DNA from: Thermosulfurimonas dismutans
GTDB taxonomy: Bacteria > Desulfobacterota > Thermodesulfobacteria > Thermodesulfobacteriales > Thermodesulfobacteriaceae
DNA: 32,000 bases
Reading direction: 5' to 3'
Assembly (NCBI RefSeq): GCF_001652585.1
Contig: NZ_LWLG01000001.1
Coordinates: 300,001-332,000 of the forward strand
A program made the translations under genes and the position numbers. The notes beneath the pieces are model-generated. The model was not told where the DNA came from, searched no databases, and saw only the letters and a program-made list of their open reading frames with translations. Below are positions 17,783 to 25,469 of the stretch, piece after piece; positions within the stretch are counted from its first letter, which is position 1; every line of letters starts with the position of its first letter.

Positions 17783-17918
17783 GATCGAAGCCTTAGAAAA
17801 AGAAAGACTTTCCTGTCTGGAAGAAATTGAGGCCTCCTACGGTTGGGATCTGGATACCGCTAAAGAAGAATTTGAGACTGCTGGGGGGGCAGATCCTGTC
17901 AAGTTTTATCTAAGAGAT

Positions 17919-19355
17919 ATGGGGGACATACCCCTTCTTTCCAAGGAGGAAGAAGTTGAACTCGCTAAAGAGATAGAGTTCGGAGAGAGGAAGGCCCTTT
18001 CAGCGGCCTTGAAAGTGAGGCCGGCTATCGAAAATCTCCATCAAATCTTTAAGGCCTTTCTTTCAGGAAAGATCCGCACGCGAGATATATTGAGGGATGC
18101 CGATGAATTTTCAGAGGATTCCGCACAAGAAGAGAAGACTGGTTTAAAGGCTTGGGGAGAAAAGGTGCTGACCCATCTTGAGAGCATTCTTTCCGGGCTC
18201 GATAGGATTCCCCAAGCCCGGGAGGCCCAACTTTCTTATTATCGCTATCTTAGCCGTTTAAGGGAGGAGCTGGTAGATACCCTTTTCGAAAGGAGACCTT
18301 CTCGCAAATTGATTGATGAGATTACTCGAGAGATTCTCAGAGCTTCCTGCGAACTCAAGCGTTCTCAAAAGGAAATAGAGCGTCTTGAGGAGGAGTCCGG
18401 ATATAATTTTTCGGTTCTACTCCAGTATTTTGTACGTACCAACGGAGAGTTCTCGAGGATCGAGGAGGCTGCGGCCAAATTAAACATGTCGGTTGAGGAT
18501 TTTCTCCGTCTGAGAGCACGTTATTTTATGGCCGTAAAAACCCGCCGGGAAATCGGGAAGCATTTCGGAGTCTCCCTCAAACAGTTCCGGAAGATTGCCA
18601 GGGAGATAGAGGAAGGTCTAACTCAGGCCAAGCAGGCAAAGGAGGCCCTTATTCGAGCTAATCTCAGATTGGTGGTCTCGGTGGCTAAAAAATATGTAGG
18701 CCGTGGACTTCAATTCCTAGACCTCATTCAGGAGGGCAATATCGGCCTCATGAAGGCTGTGGAGAAGTTTGATTACCGAAGGGGCTATAAGTTCAGTACT
18801 TACGCCACCTGGTGGATTAGACAGGCCATCACTCGAGCCATAGCGGATCAAGCCCGCACCATCCGCATCCCAGTGCACATGATAGAGCTGGTCAACAAAC
18901 TTGTACGCACATCCATCCGGTATTACCAGGAACACGGCGAGGAGCCTACGCCGGAGATCCTAGCTCAGGAAATGGGACTTTCTGTGGAAAAGGTGAAAAC
19001 CATTTTAAAGATTACCAAGGATCCGGTCTCTCTTGAGACTCCGGTAGGAGACGATGAAGAGTCCCAACTGGGGGATTTTATAGAAGATGAGATGATTCTG
19101 GCCCCTCATGAGGCCACTGAGGATCTTTCTCTAGCGGAGGAAGTAAGGAAACTCCTTTCTTTTCTTAGCCCTCGAGAGGAAAAAGTCTTGCGATTGCGGT
19201 TTGGTATCGGAGAAAAATACGAACACACCCTAGAGGAGGTAGGCCGGGCCTTCCGGGTGACTCGTGAGAGGATCCGTCAGATCGAATCTAAGGCCCTCAG
19301 GAAGCTTCGGCATCCCAGCCGTAGCAAACATCTCAAGTATTATCTAACTTCCTAA
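17919..19355 (+). CDS. rpoD: primary RNA polymerase sigma factor (sigma-70/SigA); true start probably upstream of 17919
   Basis: Regions 2 to 4 are clear: [48 protein letters not shown], and [28 protein letters not shown]. Coordinates are from the first ATG. However, the conserved region 1.2 residues [11 protein letters not shown] begin 9 codons upstream, in an in-frame stretch open from 17742 that lacks ATG, GTG and TTG. Confidence 0.9.
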   Translation: MGDIPLLSKEEEVELAKEIEFGERKALSAALKVRPAIENLHQIFKAFLSGKIRTRDILRDADEFSEDSAQEEKTGLKAWGEKVLTHLESILSGLDRIPQAREAQLSYYRYLSRLREELVDTLFERRPSRKLIDEITREILRASCELKRSQKEIERLEEESGYNFSVLLQYFVRTNGEFSRIEEAAAKLNMSVEDFLRLRARYFMAVKTRREIGKHFGVSLKQFRKIAREIEEGLTQAKQAKEALIRANLRLVVSVAKKYVGRGLQFLDLIQEGNIGLMKAVEKFDYRRGYKFSTYATWWIRQAITRAIADQARTIRIPVHMIELVNKLVRTSIRYYQEHGEEPTPEILAQEMGLSVEKVKTILKITKDPVSLETPVGDDEESQLGDFIEDEMILAPHEATEDLSLAEEVRKLLSFLSPREEKVLRLRFGIGEKYEHTLEEVGRAFRVTRERIRQIESKALRKLRHPSRSKHLKYYLTS

Positions 19356-19359
19356 TTCC

Positions 19360-19387
19360 TTGACAGAAAATTAGAGAAGGCTACATT
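19360..19387 (+). promoter_or_regulatory. putative promoter of the tRNA(CAU) gene
   Basis: TTGACA (19360-19365), a 16-nt spacer and TACATT (19382-19387) are present. The -10 ends 10 nt before the tRNA 5' end. The architecture and -10 context (TACATTAAAG) match rRNA promoter P1. Confidence 0.5.
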
Positions 19388-19397
19388 AAAGGCAGGT

Positions 19398-19474
19398 GGG
19401 CCTGTAGCTCAGCTGGTTAGAGCCACCGGCTCATAACCGGGAGGTCGGAGGTTCGAATCCTCCCAGGCCCACCA
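19398..19474 (+). tRNA. tRNA with CAU anticodon (elongator Met or lysidine-modified Ile2), CCA encoded
   Basis: A manual cloverleaf fold fits: acceptor GGGCCTG/CAGGCCC, D arm GCTC/GAGC, anticodon stem ACCGG/CCGGG with loop CTCATAA, and T arm GGAGG-TTCGAAT-CCTCC, ending in ACCA. It is not an initiator, because 1-72 is a G-C pair and the anticodon stem lacks the G29-G31 run. Confidence 0.9.
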
Positions 19475-19492
19475 AAGTTATTTTTTGAGAAG

Positions 19493-20284
19493 ATGTCAGT
19501 CTCAGTCGAGGAAATATGCCGATATATTGAAGACTTTGCGCCGGTTGCCTGGGCTGAGTCCTGGGACAACGTAGGTCTTCAGTTAGGATCTTCAAAGACT
19601 CAAATAAACCATTTGGGGTTAGCTCTAGAGTTGACGGCTGAAGTGGTGGATTGGCTCTTTTCCGAAGAGATCGATTGTCTTCTTACCCACCATCCGCTTT
19701 TTTTTCGACCTTTAAAGAGTCTCAGAGAGGATGATCCCTGGACGCAATTAATAGTTCGTCTTATAAGGGCAGAGAAGGTCGTAATTTCATACCACACCAA
19801 TCTGGATGCCGCTCCCGGAGGTGTAACAGAAGTTCTTGCGGAGGCTCTGGGATTTAAATGTGAGAAGGCACTGAAACCGGTCTCTCCAGATCTTCCCAAA
19901 ATAGGATTGGGCCGGATGGCCTATGTGGAGTTTCCGATTTCGGTTTCAGAGATAGCCCGCAAGCTCGCGTCCCTTATCCATTTTCCAGTCTTTACGGTTG
20001 GTCCGGACCGGAAGGTTAAACGGGTGGCGATTTGTGCCGGATCTGGAGCGGGTCTCATTCCTAAGGTCTTGCAAAACGGGGCTGAAGCCTATATAACCGG
20101 GGAGGTCAAACATCACGTAGCCAGAGACGTGGAGCTCGTGGGACTTTCGATGGTGGTAGCGGATCATTACGCTATGGAGGTCTATTTCTTGAAAAATTTA
20201 AAGGAGAGGCTTGCAGCCCGATTCCCGGGACTAAAAATAAGTCTCTTTAAAGGCCGAAGTCCATTTCATCCTGTTACAAATTAA
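19493..20284 (+). CDS. Nif3-like dinuclear metal centre protein (YbgI/YqfO family)
   Basis: The 263-aa ORF matches the family at ESWDNVGLQLGS, LLTHHPLFFRP, YHTNLDAAPGGV and ITGEVKHH. Confidence 0.85.
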   Translation: MSVSVEEICRYIEDFAPVAWAESWDNVGLQLGSSKTQINHLGLALELTAEVVDWLFSEEIDCLLTHHPLFFRPLKSLREDDPWTQLIVRLIRAEKVVISYHTNLDAAPGGVTEVLAEALGFKCEKALKPVSPDLPKIGLGRMAYVEFPISVSEIARKLASLIHFPVFTVGPDRKVKRVAICAGSGAGLIPKVLQNGAEAYITGEVKHHVARDVELVGLSMVVADHYAMEVYFLKNLKERLAARFPGLKISLFKGRSPFHPVTN

Positions 20285-20299
20285 TAAGGAGGCGGAAAG

Positions 20300-21058
20300 G
20301 TGCGTGAAGAAATGGTCAATCTCATAAAACTCCAAGAGCTTGATCTCAAGATCCTCTCTTTGGAAAGGAGAAAATCCGAGTTACCCTCTTCTCTTAGGGA
20401 GGCCGAGGAATCCTTGGAAAAGAAGAGGGATGTACTTGCAAAATTGGGGCAAAGACTTGAGGAGTTGTCCCTTAAGAAAAAAATGGAAGAGGACGAGCTT
20501 GAAGAGGAGTACAAAAGACTTAAGCGTAGTCAGAACCGCCTTATGCAGATTCGCGGAAGCCGCGAATATCAGGCCCTTCTTCGTGAGATCGAGGAGATCA
20601 AGAAGGCCAACAAGCAACGTGAGGAAAACATCTTGAAACTCATGGAGGAGCTCGAAGAGCTGAAGAAACAAGAAGAAAGTTTAAAGAAGGAATTGGAAGA
20701 GCTTGAGAAAAAAGTGTCAGAGGAGCGGGCCAATTTTGAGGCCTTCTGTAAGAAACTGGAGGAAGAGAAGGCGAGCTATCTGAAGGAAAGAGAGAGTCTT
20801 GCAGGTAATATTTCGCAATCCCTTCTCAAAAGATATGAATTTATCCGTGAACGGCGCGGTGGTCTTGCGGTGGTAGGGGTAGATAATGGTACCTGTGAAG
20901 GGTGTCACATGAATATTCCTCCGCAACTTTTCAATGAACTTCAGCGTGATGACCGCTACTTCGAATGTCCCCTATGTCGCCGTCTTATCTATTATAAGAA
21001 GATTTATTTTCCAGAAGAGCCAGAAAGTTCGGGGCCCGCTGAGACAGGTGATGAATAG
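20300..21058 (+). CDS. COG1579-type coiled-coil protein with C-terminal C4 zinc ribbon
   Basis: A long Glu/Lys coiled coil is followed by CEGCHMNIPPQLFNELQRDDRYFECPLCRRLIY. It sits in the usual position directly downstream of NIF3. The start is GTG, preceded by AAGGAGG. Confidence 0.8.
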   Translation: MREEMVNLIKLQELDLKILSLERRKSELPSSLREAEESLEKKRDVLAKLGQRLEELSLKKKMEEDELEEEYKRLKRSQNRLMQIRGSREYQALLREIEEIKKANKQREENILKLMEELEELKKQEESLKKELEELEKKVSEERANFEAFCKKLEEEKASYLKERESLAGNISQSLLKRYEFIRERRGGLAVVGVDNGTCEGCHMNIPPQLFNELQRDDRYFECPLCRRLIYYKKIYFPEEPESSGPAETGDE

Positions 21059-21234
21059 ATGGCTAAGCTAGTTAACCGAGTTTATAGCCTCTTATTGAAG
21101 ACAAGGGGTTTTTATCCTTTTCCTTTTTAGGGTCTCATTAGGAGGATTCTGGTATGAAATATTTTCGTCAATGATAAGTCTAGTTTTGTATATGCTTAAC
21201 TTCTTTAGTTTTTGAGTTGGTTTAGTGTGAAAAA

Positions 21235-22272
21235 ATGAATCGTCAATCTAGTTTTGCCAGGTTCCCGGGTACAATTTTTTGTCCAATTTGTGGTGCTAGC
21301 TCAATTTCTTCATGCAAAGAGGTTTATATTGATCCTTATTTTAAAAACGAATATAAACTTTATTCTTGTAACATATGTGATTTAGATTTTTGGGAGCCGC
21401 GTAAGATAATACCAGAGTTTTATGAAGAAGAGTTTTTGGATGAATATTATATGCGACATAGTGGATTAACCAAAAAACCGAGATATTATCATTTAGAGTT
21501 TTTTGAAAATTTTCGAATAATTGGTAATCTCTTTAATAGAGATCCTGTTAAATTATTGGATATCGGCTGTGGTAACGGCACTTTTATTAAAGAAGCTCAA
21601 AAGCTTGGTTTAGAAGTTTGGGGAATAGATCTTGATAAAAATAGCATTAAGTGTGCACAAAATCTTTTTGGCTTAAGAAATACTTTTGTTATGGATTTAG
21701 AAAGTTTTGTGAATTATGCCTTAAATAAGAACTTAAAATTTGATATAATCACTTTCTTTGAAGTTTTAGAGCATCAAGATGATCCTAGAAAATTTATTCA
21801 GAATATTAAGAAAATTCTTAATATTCCTGGAATTATTGCAGGTACAGTCCCTAACCGAGATAATTTTTTCTCTAAAAGATTTTCCAGGATTTCTTTAATA
21901 GATTATCCTCCCAATCATTTTTTAAGGTTTTCTAAGAAATCTTTGGAATTTTTGTTGGATCTTGAAGATTTTAACCAAAGAAAAGTTTATGATATTAATT
22001 TGTCGTTTTTTAAATTTTTAAAAGAATTTGAAAAATATTTATTGAGTCATAAAGTGATAGAAGAAAGAATTTCAAAGTTTTTTTTGAAGTTATTATTTGG
22101 TCCAGAATATACCTTAGCTAAACGCCGCAGTACAGGAATGCGTAAAAGAATATATAAAACTTTAAAGTTTGTTAAAAGCCTTACCATAAGACCGCTTTTA
22201 ATACCTTTTGTTTTGTATCTAAAGTCCAAAGTGCAAATGCCAGTACTTTATTTTCAGGGAATTTTAAGGTGA
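21235..22272 (+). CDS. class I SAM-dependent methyltransferase with N-terminal 4-Cys zinc ribbon
   Basis: The zinc ribbon is CPICG...CNIC. SAM motif I is LLDIGCGNGTF, with post-I (VWGIDLD) and FDIITFFEVLEHQDDP also present. The Lys/Phe/Leu-rich C-terminal tail may associate with the membrane. The gene is very AT-rich compared with its neighbours. Confidence 0.75.
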   Translation: MNRQSSFARFPGTIFCPICGASSISSCKEVYIDPYFKNEYKLYSCNICDLDFWEPRKIIPEFYEEEFLDEYYMRHSGLTKKPRYYHLEFFENFRIIGNLFNRDPVKLLDIGCGNGTFIKEAQKLGLEVWGIDLDKNSIKCAQNLFGLRNTFVMDLESFVNYALNKNLKFDIITFFEVLEHQDDPRKFIQNIKKILNIPGIIAGTVPNRDNFFSKRFSRISLIDYPPNHFLRFSKKSLEFLLDLEDFNQRKVYDINLSFFKFLKEFEKYLLSHKVIEERISKFFLKLLFGPEYTLAKRRSTGMRKRIYKTLKFVKSLTIRPLLIPFVLYLKSKVQMPVLYFQGILR

Positions 22273-22592
22273 AAATATCGGTTCGTAAAGAAGTTTTGTC
22301 TTTAAATAATATTGTAAAGCGTTTTTTGTTGGGATGTATTGCTATTTGGATTCCCTGTCTAGAGTTTTTTTGTATGCAGGAGATGTTCTTTTGCTTTTTT
22401 ATCTTTCTGCTTTTTTGTCTCTATACTCTTAAAAATTGTAGTTATTTAATAAAAAGTTATTCTAATACTCCGGACTTTTTACTTGCGAGTCTATTTGTGT
22501 TTTTAGTGGCTTATTTCTTCATGTCCATATTCGCCGGCCTGGAGGAACTTACCATGTTTGTGCCTTTCTGGATAGTTAGTGGACTGGTGTAG
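22269..22592 (+). CDS. small hydrophobic, Cys-rich membrane protein (hypothetical; possibly a gene remnant)
   Basis: The 107-aa ORF starts at a GTG overlapping the methyltransferase stop (GTGA). It has two or three predicted hydrophobic helices (LLGCIAIWIPCLEFF, FFCFFIFLLFCLY, LLASLFVFLVAYFFMSIFAG). I recognise no family. The base composition changes from AT-rich to GC-normal inside its last ~20 codons. Confidence 0.35.
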   Translation: MKISVRKEVLSLNNIVKRFLLGCIAIWIPCLEFFCMQEMFFCFFIFLLFCLYTLKNCSYLIKSYSNTPDFLLASLFVFLVAYFFMSIFAGLEELTMFVPFWIVSGLV

Positions 22593-22667
22593 GGTTATGC
22601 TACGCGGGCGAATAAGGCGCTTTCGGGATAAATCTTCATAAGATTCAATCTTAATTGAGAAGGTAAG

Positions 22668-23612
22668 GTGTCTGAACTTGTCTTGATTTACATTGCAGGA
22701 GCCGGACGTTCCGGGAGTACCATCCTAGACGAGATCCTAGGTGAGGGGCGGGGTTGTTTTTCTCTGGGAGAGATGCGTCAAATATGGAAAAGCTTCATCC
22801 GGAAACAAGCCCTCTGTTCCTGCGGTCGTATATATAGGGACTGTCCCTTCTGGTCCGAGGTGCTGAGAAGAGTTTTCGGGAAAGACGCTCCTTCGTCGGG
22901 AGAGCTGGAGGAAATCCTTCGGGCTCAAAGGGTGGTGGAAAACATCCCTCTCCTCTCTGAAGGGCGGCGTAAAAGATATTTGGCTTCACATAGAAAACGG
23001 CTGACGTTCTACAGGAATTTATTGCAGGCGATCCTGAGGGAGGTACGGGAGGTTTCCGGGGCTAAAGTCCTGATCGATTCCACCAAACATCCCCATTATC
23101 TATACCTTCTCCGGGAGCTCGAAGATATTCGGATTTTCCTCCTCCATCTGGTCAGAGACAGTCGTGCGGTGGCCTTTTCCTGGTTGCGGCGCAAGTACAA
23201 TCCCGCCATACGGGATTACATGAAAAGACATCATCCCTATACCAGCACCCGTCTCTGGGTGCGATTCAACTGGGGCGTTCATCGGCTCCAAGAGGTTTTT
23301 TCCTTTCCATACTATCGTCTGAGATACGAAGATTTTGTAAGAGCTCCCAACCGGGAACTCGCGAGGATAGAAGAGACTTTCAATCTGCAAGGGGTTTTCC
23401 CCCGGATAGAGGGGTGTTTGAAACTAGGAGAAAAACACCTCCTGGGCGGGAACCCTGCAGGATTTGTTTCCCGGGAGATTTCTCTGAGACCGGATACCCA
23501 GTGGCTGAAGGAAATGCGTGTTAGAGACCGGATCCTGGTGACGCTCATGAGCTGGCCTCTTCTCAGGCGTTACGGTTATCCTCTCTTCCCGACCTTCGGA
23601 GGAAAAAATTGA
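22668..23612 (+). CDS. PAPS-dependent sulfotransferase family protein
   Basis: A 5'-phosphosulfate binding loop is present (IYIAGAGRSGSTIL), as is a 3'-phosphate binding-like motif (LLHLVRDSRAVAFSW). The start is GTG. Confidence 0.65.
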   Translation: MSELVLIYIAGAGRSGSTILDEILGEGRGCFSLGEMRQIWKSFIRKQALCSCGRIYRDCPFWSEVLRRVFGKDAPSSGELEEILRAQRVVENIPLLSEGRRKRYLASHRKRLTFYRNLLQAILREVREVSGAKVLIDSTKHPHYLYLLRELEDIRIFLLHLVRDSRAVAFSWLRRKYNPAIRDYMKRHHPYTSTRLWVRFNWGVHRLQEVFSFPYYRLRYEDFVRAPNRELARIEETFNLQGVFPRIEGCLKLGEKHLLGGNPAGFVSREISLRPDTQWLKEMRVRDRILVTLMSWPLLRRYGYPLFPTFGGKN

Positions 23613-24760
23613 GAATGTCGGCTCGGAAAACCGTGGCCCTAGTGGTGGACAGAGCGGAGAGGACAGGGGCCTACCGTCCCTATCTGTTACGCTTCCTTCG
23701 GGAGAAAGGCTACCGGGTGCTGGTAATCGTGCTTGATCAGGATCTCCGGAAGTGCAAGGTGTCCCCGCCGGAGGTGGAGGTGGTCTCTCTGGGTCTTTTG
23801 CCCCGGGATTATCGGCGGTTTAAACCGGTCGTTTTTTGGAAACTCAAGTCCGTGCTGGAGAGGGAGGAGGTACAGGTTGCATGGGTGCAGAAATATCGTC
23901 TGGCACTATGCCTTTCCCTGTTGAAATGGAGACTGCCCTACCTGAAGATCATTTTCCATCTGGTGAATGTGGACATTTTTAGGAACAGGTTGCGTCGTAT
24001 AGGATGGCACTTTTTGCGCCGCCAGGTGGCTTTTTGGGTTGCAAACAGTTACGGGGTTCTAGAGGATCTTCCGGGAGCCAGCCTCCCCGGAGACAACATG
24101 CGGGTCATCTTCAACGGAGTAGACCTGGAACGTTTTGTGGAGGGACCTTCAAAGGCGGAAGTCCGACGAATATTTAATCTTCCGGAGGGAGGATTCCTTA
24201 TAGGGATGCTGGCTCGCTTCCGGAAGGAGAAGGATCAGGAGGGTCTCCTCAAAGGATTCGCTGAATTGCGGGCGAGAGGGGCGGAGGACTCCTATCTGGT
24301 TCTGGCCGGGGGAGGTCCCAAAAAGGAGACTCTGGCGGAGATGGTGAATCGCCTTGCCCTGCGGGAACGGGTCTTTCTGATGGATCGCATTTCGCCCGCC
24401 GAAGTACCAGCCTTTTTAAGGGCTCTTGACGTCTTTGCCCATCCTACCTGGCGGGAGGGAATGCCCAACGCTGTCCTTGAGGCCATGGCCGCGGGGCTGC
24501 CGGTGGTGGTCACCGATGCCCCGGGGTTGCCGGAGATCTTCGACTGTCCTTATCGGTTCGGATATATGGTGCCCCGGGGAGATGTGTCCGCTCTGGCTAA
24601 GGCCCTATGGGAACTCTATCGTCTTTCTCCGGCGGAAAGGGAGACCCTGGGGCGCCTGGCCCAGCGAAGGGTTGAGGAGGCTTTTACTATAGAACGTATG
24701 GCCCGGGAATTTTTGGAAGTATTCGATCACCTTACAGGAGGTGCTCATACTGTTTCCTGA
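23609..24760 (+). CDS. GT-B fold glycosyltransferase, family 4
   Basis: The C-terminal GT4 signature is present (HPTWREGMPNAVLEAMAAGLPVVVTDAPGLPEI). The start (TTG 23609 or ATG 23615) overlaps or abuts the sulfotransferase stop. Confidence 0.85.
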   Translation: MRMSARKTVALVVDRAERTGAYRPYLLRFLREKGYRVLVIVLDQDLRKCKVSPPEVEVVSLGLLPRDYRRFKPVVFWKLKSVLEREEVQVAWVQKYRLALCLSLLKWRLPYLKIIFHLVNVDIFRNRLRRIGWHFLRRQVAFWVANSYGVLEDLPGASLPGDNMRVIFNGVDLERFVEGPSKAEVRRIFNLPEGGFLIGMLARFRKEKDQEGLLKGFAELRARGAEDSYLVLAGGGPKKETLAEMVNRLALRERVFLMDRISPAEVPAFLRALDVFAHPTWREGMPNAVLEAMAAGLPVVVTDAPGLPEIFDCPYRFGYMVPRGDVSALAKALWELYRLSPAERETLGRLAQRRVEEAFTIERMAREFLEVFDHLTGGAHTVS

Positions 24761-25469
24761 AACCGGTTCGCTGAAAATTTCTCAAAAAGGATCTTCAGGG
24801 GAAAGGTTCTTTAAGTGGCGTTCCTATCGCCTTTTTACTTCGGGAAGCAAAGAGATTATTCCGGTGCTGCAGGCTTTTCTTTCTCGTCCTGCGGAAAGCC
24901 GGGTTCTCAAATCCGGGCCGAAACTCGGCAGTTTTGAGTACAGAACGGGCGAACGGAAATTTTTTATCAAAGTTCGCTACGGAAACTTTTTTACGCCCCT
25001 CCTGGAGCTATTTCGAACCCCCTGGGCCCTTAGAATCCTTGATAGATACAAAAGGTTTGAGGCTTCCGGGCTGTCCACCCTCATTCCCCTCGGAGGATGG
25101 GTAGCGGTGAAACCCTGGGATAAGTTTTATTCGGGACTGTGTTTTGAATATTTACCCTGGGAATACAAGGCCAGTTTCATTTGCCGGCATTTCAAGGAAC
25201 GCGGGCGAGAAATACTTCTCCTCCTCGTGCAATATCTATATCGGATGCACGAGGAAGGCTTCACCATTCGGGATCCCAAGCTCAGCAACTTTTTCGTGCT
25301 CGGGAAAAAAGTAATACTTGTGGACCTTGACTCCCTCAGGCACTTTTCCCGACCGGTGGAATTTGCCCGGCGTATTCGGGATCTGGAGGTTCTGGCTCGT
25401 TCCCTAGGAAGAGTGGGCTGGGAGAATCCGGAAAAACTGGTCCGGGACCTCTACTTTGCTTTATTATAA
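24741..25469 (+). CDS. lipopolysaccharide kinase (Kdo/WaaP/InaA) family protein
   Basis: The 242-aa ORF has a kinase-like layout. A Lys lies in FFIKVRY, a catalytic-loop-like sequence in FTIRDPKLSNFFV, and a metal-binding sequence in ILVDLDS. Its size matches the KdkA/InaA class. The GTG start overlaps the GT4 gene by 20 nt. Confidence 0.55.
   Translation: MLILFPETGSLKISQKGSSGERFFKWRSYRLFTSGSKEIIPVLQAFLSRPAESRVLKSGPKLGSFEYRTGERKFFIKVRYGNFFTPLLELFRTPWALRILDRYKRFEASGLSTLIPLGGWVAVKPWDKFYSGLCFEYLPWEYKASFICRHFKERGREILLLLVQYLYRMHEEGFTIRDPKLSNFFVLGKKVILVDLDSLRHFSRPVEFARRIRDLEVLARSLGRVGWENPEKLVRDLYFALL

Noticed and set aside
17775-17790. Programmed +1 frameshift at the dnaG stop (CAA AAA TGA G), producing a DnaG-sigma fusion protein.
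   Set aside because: The frame geometry allows it, but no prfB-like stimulatory SD lies at the right distance (the G-rich run is about 18 nt upstream) and I know of no precedent. It is kept only as the least likely explanation within the rpoD start finding.
21059-21130. A 23-codon ORF (MAKLVNRVYSLLLKTRGFYPFPF) starting immediately after the COG1579 stop (TAG-ATG).
   Set aside because: It has no SD and no recognisable family, and it lies in the AT-rich junction where short ORFs arise by chance. It cannot be supported from sequence alone.
21059-21234. Looked for an RNase P RNA (rnpB) or another structured RNA after the NIF3 / COG1579 pair, where rnpB sits in some bacteria.
   Set aside because: The gap is only 176 nt, it is AT-rich, and it lacks the conserved GAGGAAAGTCC-type core.
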